From Lepidodermella squamata (lineage: Eukaryota > Animalia > Gastrotricha), in the NCBI GenBank assembly GCA_047495785.1, contig JBLDXI010000002.1:186001-250000 (forward strand): 64,000 nucleotides of DNA. Reading direction: 5' to 3'. This document shows positions 55,324 through 64,000 of this stretch, one piece after another. Under the pieces are notes generated by a model that was not told the origin of the DNA, did not search any database, and worked only from the letters and a program-made list of their open reading frames with translations. Positions within the stretch are counted from its first letter, which is position 1; each line of letters opens with the position of its first letter. The position numbers and the translations under genes were made by a program.

Positions 55324-57180
55324 TTATCGTTCATCATTCACCTCGTTACAATCGTGCTTCTCGGATCCATCCGGACAATCGCACAACATTGCGGCGCACC
55401 TCTTCGCAAGCTTGCAGTCGCAGATGGCTAGGTATAAATTAAATAATTCATGTTCTTTTCAACTCTTATATACTCCATTGCCTTACGTTTCAAACAGTCG
55501 GGCCCCGTTTTCCACTTGTCGAAACAAGAGCAAACATTCGGCGAGGTGCACCAGCCATTTTTCGGACAAAGTATCGATCCGCAGGCCTCTTGCAAAAAAT
55601 CAAGGAATGTTGATTTTCATACAAACAAATACAAAATTACGCTGATCGCAAAATTGCCCGGTCCATCCGATGTTACATGTACATTTGTTAGCTCCAGCGC
55701 AAAATCCCTGATTGCAACCCGGAACGCACTTTGGCTTAACTATTACGATAATATTAAAACTTGAATCATGCGTCATGAAAATATATGTCTGTTCGGTTGA
55801 ACTAACTGAATGAGTAGAGTCGAGCTTCGACCAAGGCAAGAGATCCGCTTGCTCCCCCATTGCCGGCGTAAAATCCGAGAACAGGCGGCTGCATTGTCGG
55901 GTCATTTATTGGTAGAAATGGGGCTATTTTGTAATCGCGAAAAATGGCTTGACACCCGCCGATGTAGCAGATATCCAGCGATAACGTGTCTCCGTTCCTT
56001 ACAACAAGACCAACATGGCTTCTACCAGTTACCCATGCCTTGTTAAGGCTAAATCGCGGCTGAGCGGCACCTGACATGACATAAAATATGATCATGATCG
56101 ACTGTCGAATATGGTTATGTTACTGGATATATTAGGAGTTGTTGAAATTTGCGATGAAATTATATGGACATAGCCATAGTAGATCCCAAAGCGAATCTGT
56201 AAGCCGGCGAAGCTGCTCAAGTTCAAGATATTTGAATCAGTCGGAGTCGCTTTGACGGACGAGTTAGACACTATGAATACGCCATAGAAATCTATGTTCT
56301 TTGTACCCAATTCAGTATGCGTGGTAAAATTGACCGAAAAATCCGTGAATGGCATTATCTACAATATAACTGTGTCTCAAAGGTAGAATTAAAGAAAATC
56401 ATCTGCAAACTTGTTTGCTCGTCATTGCAGTGTTGGTGCTGCTAGCCTTAGTCATTTGTATAAAATTTTCAGAGGTAAGAATTGGCGATGGAGTATTTCC
56501 AGAACTGCTATATGTCCAGTTCTGAGCTGTAAAGACAGGAAAGCAATAATTAAATTAGTTAAATGTTACTAATGTATACAAATTAATTCAGCCTAAGATG
56601 ACTATACAAGGCAACCTGCGGAATCTCACGTCTCTCGTATTTCTAAACGTAAATCTTCGTATCCTATTATAAGTATGCCTCACCGTAGTTGCCGTCATTT
56701 AAGTAGGAAAACTCCGGCATGAACATTCGCTGATCCATTATTGGCGATATAACTGGAATTCAAACAACATCAGCCTATCCAAGTTCCAAGTTAGCCGAAA
56801 TTTATGATCTGAACCTTGAGAACAGTCTGAGCCGGTGAAACGCGCAAGGCAAGTGCAAACATTTGGTGCCGTGCAGACACCGCCTCTCGGATTGCAAGGA
56901 GAGCTGCAAATCGCTGTAAAAATCACAGGCCGGACTCAATATTTCTTCTCAATATAACTTCACCATTCTTTCACCTATCGTACAATTTGATCCTGTCCAA
57001 CCAGCAGAGCAGGTGCAGACATTGGTCCCTGTGCAAGTTCCGCCATTGGCACACGTTTGAGCGCAAGCTTTAAAAATACAAACTCATTATAAAAGTCGCA
57101 AATGTAAACTAATAGCTACTCTGAGCCGATGTAACAGCGAATATAGCCAACAACGCAGGAAAAACTAGACAGATAATCAT
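55324..57180 (-). CDS. Multi-exon secreted EGF / lectin-like beta-sandwich / Cys-rich protein, copy 3
   Basis: MIICLVFPALLAIFAVTSAQ; CANGGTCTGTNVCTCSAGWTGSNC; CNPRGGVCTAPNVCTC; same central domain and tail as copy 2. Confidence 0.82.
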
Positions 57181-57824
57181 CGTTAATTCCGGCTCGGTTG
57201 AATCCAGCTTTTCTCTTGAATGGCGCTAAACCTCAGCTAATCATTTATGATCGCAATGCCGCTAGAATTACGTCACGGGTCACGGTACACTTCGAAAATA
57301 TCTCCGTATTGAACAGCGTGGCTAGTTACTTTAACGTCGATAAATTCTGTCATTCTTTGTACGTGACGACTGAGCCGTTTTTTTTTTATATTATCACTAC
57401 AGTCATGGCGCGGTCTTTTCACTTCCAACACAGCCGAATTGTTGCTATACAGTTAATTATTCTCATTTAGCATACAATTTGACTCACACAATCGAATAAT
57501 GTCACCTGCGTTGTGCTTAGGGAATTTTCTTGCTCTTCTGAATCGTCGCAGTTAAGCTTGATCACCTTATCTTTCACGTCACACCTGACTAAAATCATTT
57601 AGAAAGCGGCACGTGGACGTTACACTTCACCTATTCACAAGTTACAAGAATAAACTAATACTGAAAAGAAACCGATGATAGCAACGTAGCGAGTGATGCA
57701 AATTTGCCGCCGACTATCGATCCTCGCGTTCTATGTTATTCAGCTGGTTTGCTTTGCGCATAAGCAGATGAAATTACTTCACAGAGTCATTTTGAACATA
57801 GGACAAGTTTGGCTACTATCTAAT

Positions 57825-57880
57825 ACAGTGCTCCCTCGTTAGTGGCACCCTCGTTAAAAGAACTCCCTCGTTAATAGACC
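57825..57880. mobile_element. Probable Tigger/pogo-like transposon end
   Basis: TA|cagtgctccctcgtta with three ccctcgtta repeats; other end not found. Confidence 0.35.
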
Positions 57881-59594
57881 GTAATTTTGGACCCTGCAAA
57901 ATAAATCAGTGGTTAATTTTTAATTAAACAAAAAATAATTATCTGAAAAATTACAAAAATTAAGTGTGAAAATGTTTAAAATTAGCGTTCCTAGAAACCT
58001 AGCAGCGCGTTGTCGTAGTTTTGAGAGATCCAGTTACATATTTCAAGTTCAGTTGAAGCAAGTTGAAAGACCATCAGTGCATTAGGCCGTTTTTATGACT
58101 TTGATTATGCAACAGAGTGTGTGGATTAGCTGCCACTCAAGTCTTGCTGCGAGTCGTCCTGCTTTTTTAGTTGAAATTTCATCGGAAATTACGCCAGTTC
58201 ATCAGAAAACAATTAGTAATCGTTTTAACAACTATAAAAATGCCCATCTTCAATCTTCTTGATTTGCAGATTTTTCTGAGGTCAATTGTTGATCAACTGA
58301 AGACCCATTGAATAGCCCTGATTTTTCATTTTTAGCAGTTTTCCCAGCCAGAAAAGCTTTTTAAATTTATCAACGTTATAGCATGATCGAATTGGGATTA
58401 AAATCGAGATTTTTATTCAGAAAACCTGAAAATTCGTGGTATTTGTTAACGATTTGGAAGTTATTTCTCGATTTTCGAAAGAACCCCGCTAGAATCAACA
58501 TTTAGCCTAATAGGAAATCACTAGTAAAATTCAGGTTTTTGTGGTCGAAAATTCTTTAATTTTCCACTCTAAATGATGAGTTTTTTCAGTTTATCAAATT
58601 TATTTCCCAGCTGTGTTGCGTAATCACGAAGAATCAAGTCCTTGTTTTCAGATTTAATTCAATTTAGATACACATACCTACATTTATTCTCATAACAAAC
58701 TGATTTCATTCGTTCGAGTTGTCCTGAGTTAATGAAATTATTAGCCGATTTTCGATAGTCGATAGGCCTGATCTGACATGAAACTGGCTGCCACTACTTC
58801 ACGATTTCATTGCTCAACGCCCTGGCAATTTTCTCGGTTTTTTTTCACAACATTTAATAATTAGATTTTGACTTAGAAAATGGCAACATCCCGAGGAGGG
58901 GCGGCGGGAGCTTCTGCCCGTTTTGTTAACTTGCTCTGATCTTAATAGGCGGGTCAATGACCCCGCCTGACAAGATGATAATTCATTCGATTCAATCACC
59001 CATCGAATCGTTGTTTCTTCTTGGCGGAACCACAGGTCTTATGCCTTGAAATTACGAGATCCGTGATCGCTCAATGCCATTAATTGGATGAAATTCAAGA
59101 AAGAAAGAGGCAGCTTAACTGCGTAAAAATAATCGAAAATACATATTTCACCCTAATTTTTTCACATTTCATGTTTGTTAGTCAAGCACAAAAATGATTT
59201 GATAATGAAAACTTCAAGATGCCCCATAGTGAAGTCCCGGCATTGAGCACATATCATCAATCCTCTGATCAGCATGTTTGAAGTAAATTGAAATAATGGA
59301 TAATGAGATTCCAGGTTCTGGTTTTATTTTGAGTTCGTTAACCCCAGGCAGGAATCAAGATCGGAGAAAAAACAATGGCTAGCCAGTCAAATCAAAGTCG
59401 CCCTGACAACTAAGAAAAAACTTGGCGACGCACTTATGATTCATCGTTTGACAGCTTTCAGCGAGCAAAGTTTGCAATTCACATGATCCGTGTCCGTCTC
59501 TTTCAGCGCGTTGCCATGGCAACTGTCTTAAGACGCAGCAACGGTCTATTTTTAGCTCCTGCATTCAATTACAGCCCTCGTTATAGCTTTCCCT

Positions 59595-60188
59595 TGTTAA
59601 AAGACCGGGTCTGGCTCCCGACCCAGTGCTTTTATCGAGGGAGCACTGTATGGCTAAAAAAAAATTACGCTTGATAGGACTGCCGAGGATGACTCGGATC
59701 CGCCTGAGCTCTGAGCCGAAATTGCCGAAATCGAGAGAGAGAGAGGGAGCGAAATCAGCAGTTCGAGGGCTTCACCCAGAGTGCGAGCAAAGCCTGCACG
59801 TTCTCGCGCACTTCCACGATTAGGGCGGAGCTGGAACAGTGGCCTACGGAGCTTCTCTGCGAACCCGCTGCCCCGATCACCGCTCGTTTTGCTAGAGAAG
59901 AGTCTTCCCCTGGGCCCTCTTCCTACTAACGTAGTACGGCTTTACTTCTCTCTTCTATTTCTCTTAATGCTGTACATCTCTGCCGGTCTTGCCGCTTCCT
60001 TTAGCAAGACCGCGTATCACCGCCCTTTAATCGTCCTTTCTCCTCGTTGCCTGCACTTTTTATGTGAAGATAAGGGAATACTCTATGGCAAACCATGGAG
60101 AAATATAATTTCCCCCCGATCTGGAAACCCGAGTGAGTTTGGCGCAGCCAAACGAATCGAGGGGTTCCAGATCGGGGGCTATTCAACA
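59595..60188. mobile_element. Possible solo LTR
   Basis: GC-richer block bounded by TGTT...AACA; flanking duplication imperfect (tccct/tccga). Confidence 0.35.
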
Positions 60189-60199
60189 TCCGAAAACTC

Positions 60200-60777
60200 G
60201 GTACGACTATTCGGGAAACGTCAATTCGACACTTAAAATATCACGGACCGAAAACGACAATTCGGCAAAGGAATATTGAGCCGAGTGTCCACTTTCGACA
60301 ATTCCGCAAAAGAGAACTCGACATGATGAAAATCACTAATGTGGGGAAACGACAACTCGGCAAGAATACATTTTTGCCACGTTTAAGAAAGATTGATAAA
60401 ACTCGTGAACCTGACAAAATTTAATGTCCCAGATTGAAAATATTGAGAATATCAAGGGTAAGAAGGCTATGCGAGCGGAGCGAGCATGCCAATTCGACCC
60501 TGGTTTTTTCGACAGTACTTTTTCATGTGTACTGTGACTCCTGAAATTTGATATCTATAGCTCATGCTGAGTTGTCGTTTCAGTTATTAGTGATTTGTCG
60601 AGTTGTCTTCTGCCCAATTGTCGCTCAAGGGTACGATAAGTGTTTACTAACGAGTTGTCGTTTGCCGATTTGTCGTTTTCGATCTGATAAAAAAATACGG
60701 CCGAATTGACGTTTGTTGAATTGTCGCTGTCGAATTGTCGTATTCCCAGTTGTCGTTGCTCAGTTGTCATACAACCG
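60200..60777. mobile_element. Foldback/MITE-like element with CGACAA(T/C)TCG subterminal repeats in inverted orientation
   Basis: cgacaattcg units on the left, gttgtcg units on the right. Confidence 0.6.
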
Positions 60778-61706
60778 TGGGAAATATCGGCGAGCCAATT
60801 TCCCGCATTTATAATTGGCTTCTGCGAAATTCAAAGGATACTCGAATAAAACGAAGAAGATCCTTAACAAAGTTGATCGAGTCTTTCAATCGCAATGACC
60901 AACCGGATGAGCGAGAAGTGCTGCGACTTTCCACCGTGCTAGGATTGGAAGAAAGTAAGGTTCGATACTGGTTCCAAACACGGCGCCTGAAATTGAACCC
61001 GGACTTACGAGAACCTAAATTTAAAAGATTCACGAGCGAGAATTTGGCCCTACTAGAAAAGGCCGCATGTCACTAGTTGATAGTTTATATTAATTTACTT
61101 TTTCTCAGGAATTTCTAGACAATCCTGTTCCTAGTGGGCAAAAGAGGGCTCAGTTATCAGAGGAAATCGGTTGTCCGCGATCTGCTATTCATGACTGGCT
61201 AAGAAGAAGGCGTTCCGGTTTTATTGAAAGTCTGGCCGGCTATGAAATGGTATTATTACTTTTGAATATATAAATTGTAATCTAGAGCCAATGTTTAGGT
61301 CAAAGAAATGAACTTGAAGGACTTCGGGGATAAGGGTCGATCGTTTGAGCCGTGGCAACTCGACATTCTACGAGAGGAACGTGCAAAGCCCTCGAAATTG
61401 CATGCCCGCCGCCTGTTAGAAATTGCTGAACGAATCAAATCGACTCCTCAGAGAATAAAATCCTGGTTCAACCGCAGATGCAATGCATGTATAAACCGCA
61501 AAATGAATCACAAGTCGATAAACGATTCCTATTATTTAACCGGACCTCAGATTTCGGCACTGAAAAATGAATTTAGCAAGTCTCGGTATCTTTCAAAACA
61601 AGAATATCAAGACTTGGCAGTGAGAATCGGTTTCACTGAATGGCAAGTTAAAAACTGGTTTTTCCGCGAAAATCGTTTGAAAGATCGTTGTTTTGAATCG
61701 CTGTAA
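60778..61706 (+). CDS. Divergent four-homeodomain protein (5' end unresolved); exons ?-61061, 61109-61249, 61299-61706
   Basis: Helix-3 motifs KVRYWFQTRR, AIHDWLRRRR, RIKSWFNRR, QVKNWFFREN, each preceded by helix-1/2-like spacing. Confidence 0.75.
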
Positions 61707-62279
61707 ATGTGACTTGGTTTAACTTGGTTTACAAAATCACGAGCCTGTTTCGCATTTCTCTCCATTTGATATTAAAGTAAACAAAAGGCAATAATAGAAT
61801 TCCACGCGTCAATTGGTGTAATTAGTCATGGTCCAGAGATTCTCTGTCCTGTGCAAATGATGTCATAATTGGCGTTTCATGGTAATTATTTCTCCTTCGT
61901 GTAATTCCTAACACTACCTCATAAGATAATGCAATGATTTCGGAAAGAAGCGGTATTCATTTCTTGTTATATTTCACAACTCGTCATTGATGCGGCGTTG
62001 AAGCCGCGACTCTGTGATCCATCCGCACAACGTCGGTGGGTTAAATCTCAAAAGCATGGAACGTTTCGGCGCATAATGGCGGCAATGAACTGAAGAATGG
62101 ATCATCTGAATAATGGCTAAAAATACTCAATAATAAACCGAATTGGCGATAATAATTCACTCAAAATTCAGTCAGAAGAGATCAACACATACACGGGCAT
62201 TAATTTATCATCTAATTACGCGTAAGACCGCTAAATAAGTACGAAGGCCCGCGAATTAGGGTGAAACGCGAATTAGGCT

Positions 62280-62690
62280 GGAATTTGGCCCTACTAGAAA
62301 AGGTTGTTTCCGCATGCCATCCGCAAGTTCGTATTGATTTAACTTTGATCTTAGGAATTGCTAGTGAATCCTGTTCCTAGTGGGGAAAGGAGAGCTCAGC
62401 TATCAGCGGAAATCGGATGTCTGCGATACTGCATTGATGGTTGGCTGAAACAAAGGCGTTGTTAGAAATCAAATCGACTCCTCAGAGAATAAAAACCTGG
62501 TTCAACCGCAGACGCAATGCATGCCTAAATGGCAAGTCGATAAACGATTCCTATTATTTCACCGGAGTTCAGATATCGGCACTAAAGGACGAAATTCGCA
62601 AGTTTCGGTTTCTTTCAAAACAAGAGTATCAGGACTTGGCTGAGAGGATCGGTTGCACTGACTGGAAGAAAGTTCGATAATGGTTCTGAT
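62280..62690 (+). pseudogene. Decayed, internally deleted duplicate of the multi-homeobox gene
   Basis: gaatttggccctactagaaaag and KSTPQRIKTWFNRRRN match 61040-61670; in-frame stops present. Confidence 0.8.
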
Positions 62691-62803
62691 CTACTCGTCT
62701 TAGGCATACTTCGCCGGAAAAGTGACTTTATTTGCAAAATAGCAACATCTCTAGCATTGTTTTTCATAATAAAATCATGAATTAGTCACCCCTGGGACCA
62801 CTT

Positions 62804-63787
62804 ATGGCGAACGCCTTCATGTGCATGCTGGAGGAGCGACTAGCCAAGGATGGCCAACTACCCAAATACTATCGAAGATTTGTGGATGACACACTCACCA
62901 TCATGCCGGGCCTAGCGGCGGCTAATGAATTCCTGGGTGTTCTCAATGGTTTGCATCCGTCGGTAGATTTCACGATGGAAATTGAAGACAACAACCAGAT
63001 CGCGTTTTGCGGGGCCGTCATCAAATCAACGAAAAGGGTACTGGAAACGGAGGTCTACCACAAGCCAACCGACACGGGCCTTCTGCTTCACTTCAAGAGC
63101 CATGTGGAGGGCAGATACAAAAAGTCTCTGGTCAAAACGATGTTATACAGAGCATACCATTTGAGTAGCAACTGGGACGCCTTCCACAGGGAAGTGCAAA
63201 ACCTCCGCAATACCTTTATAAAGCTTGAGTATCCGCCTAATCTTTTTGAGCAGATCTTGGCTACTTTTCTCGATCGAATAGTCGCGTCCGGCATTCAGAC
63301 AGACAGGTCGCAGTCCGAGCCAGTGCGATTCATCGTACCCTTCAAGGACGAGAAGTGCGCGCGCCAACTCAAGTCCAGATTGAATGAGCTCGCCGGGAAG
63401 CTGCTTGTACCAATCCAGGCTGTTTTCACCAGCCGGAAGATCGCGGAAAATTTTGGGGCCAAGGAACCGAAGCCAGACCTGTTCAACCGCCAGTGCGTTG
63501 TCCACCAGTTCAAATGTGGCCAGTGTGACGCTGGCTATATCGGAATGACGGAGAAGCACCTTCACCAGCGCGTTGAACAACATTGGCTACAGTCCAGCTC
63601 GATAGGGAAACATTTGCGCTCGCATGAATTGCCTGATGGCTTCAACCTGCACGCGTGTTTCACGGTGTTACGCAAATGCAGAAACAGATGGGACTGCTTA
63701 TTGCACGAAAGCTTGTTGATAAAGAAAATCAAACTAGCAATGAGCCTAAACGTGCAAACAGATTCTATCAAATTGAAGCTATTTTAG
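62804..63787 (+). CDS. Penelope-like RT (C-terminal part) + GIY-YIG endonuclease, N-terminally truncated
   Basis: SPLGPLMANAFM, YRRFVDD, VYHKPTDTG, VHQFKCGQCDAGYIGMT..LHQRVEQH. Confidence 0.9.
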   Translation: MANAFMCMLEERLAKDGQLPKYYRRFVDDTLTIMPGLAAANEFLGVLNGLHPSVDFTMEIEDNNQIAFCGAVIKSTKRVLETEVYHKPTDTGLLLHFKSHVEGRYKKSLVKTMLYRAYHLSSNWDAFHREVQNLRNTFIKLEYPPNLFEQILATFLDRIVASGIQTDRSQSEPVRFIVPFKDEKCARQLKSRLNELAGKLLVPIQAVFTSRKIAENFGAKEPKPDLFNRQCVVHQFKCGQCDAGYIGMTEKHLHQRVEQHWLQSSSIGKHLRSHELPDGFNLHACFTVLRKCRNRWDCLLHESLLIKKIKLAMSLNVQTDSIKLKLF

Positions 63788-63867
63788 TGCTCTTCATACT
63801 TTTTTGTTGTGGACTTTCTTTGTTGTGATTTCCCTTTACCTTGTTCTTTATCTTGTTTTGCTTTCTA

Positions 63868-63903
63868 GTCTGATGATGGCTCACGAAAGAGCCGAAACGT
63901 CAC
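63868..63903 (+). ncRNA. Minimal type I hammerhead ribozyme of the Penelope element
   Basis: CTGATGA-t-GGCTC(acgaaa)GAGCC-GAAA-CG-TC; helix I only ~2 bp, helix III reduced to the palindrome ACGT. Confidence 0.75.
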
Positions 63904-64000
63904 GTTTAAATAAAGTGAATAAGAGTTCTCTGCCAATGCGCTTTCTCTTCATGAATTAGTCATGCAAGGTTCAGAGATTCCATTCATGGGCGAGTGATGT

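Larger units (their letters stand above)
62789..63948 (+). mobile_element. 5'-truncated Penelope-like retroelement
   Basis: RT + GIY-YIG ORF; pyrimidine-rich 3' region, hammerhead, AATAAA; 14-bp direct repeat tcatgaattagtca at 62775-62788 and 63949-63962. Confidence 0.92.

Noticed and set aside
58814-60236. ORFs upstream of the homeobox gene, including 59781-60236
   Set aside because: No recognisable motifs, they overlap repeat-like DNA, and I could not link them in frame to the homeobox exons

Overview
This is genomic DNA from an animal (invertebrate-like: AT-rich spacers, mostly short GT-AG introns, Kunitz/Ly6/EGF/homeobox genes); the species cannot be identified from the sequence. The window is a dense neighbourhood of genes for secreted or surface proteins. 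From 1-26 kb: a signal-peptide-bearing ankyrin-repeat protein, a triple-Kunitz inhibitor, a head-to-head pair of small PAN/apple-like peptides with conserved flanks but divergent mature regions, a SABATH-type methyltransferase, a Ly6/three-finger protein, an intron-containing KdsD/KpsF arabinose-5-phosphate isomerase homologue, a LINE, a compact bacterial-type GH16 glucanase and a transposon-interrupted prolyl 4-hydroxylase. The centrepiece (26.1-47.9 kb) is a same-strand array of 17 intronless loci (9 types) of a protein family I do not recognise, with a second GH16 gene embedded in it. Members share a signal peptide, often an R-x-K/R-R site, a hypervariable Pro/Ser-rich region, a cationic segment (Trp-containing in most) plus a hydrophobic helix, an invariant EGR and a conserved ~100-aa C-terminal domain ending near DYDGG. 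Genes after 70-115 nt gaps have a 3' splice-acceptor-like AG just before the ATG (operon/trans-splicing-like), whereas most genes after longer gaps share kappaB-like motifs. Four types are triplicated as a ~5.1-kb unit. From 48-64 kb: three EGF/lectin-like paralogues, many MITEs, a four-homeodomain gene with a decayed copy, and a Penelope-like element carrying a minimal hammerhead ribozyme. Domain calls are from motif recognition only; no database search was run.
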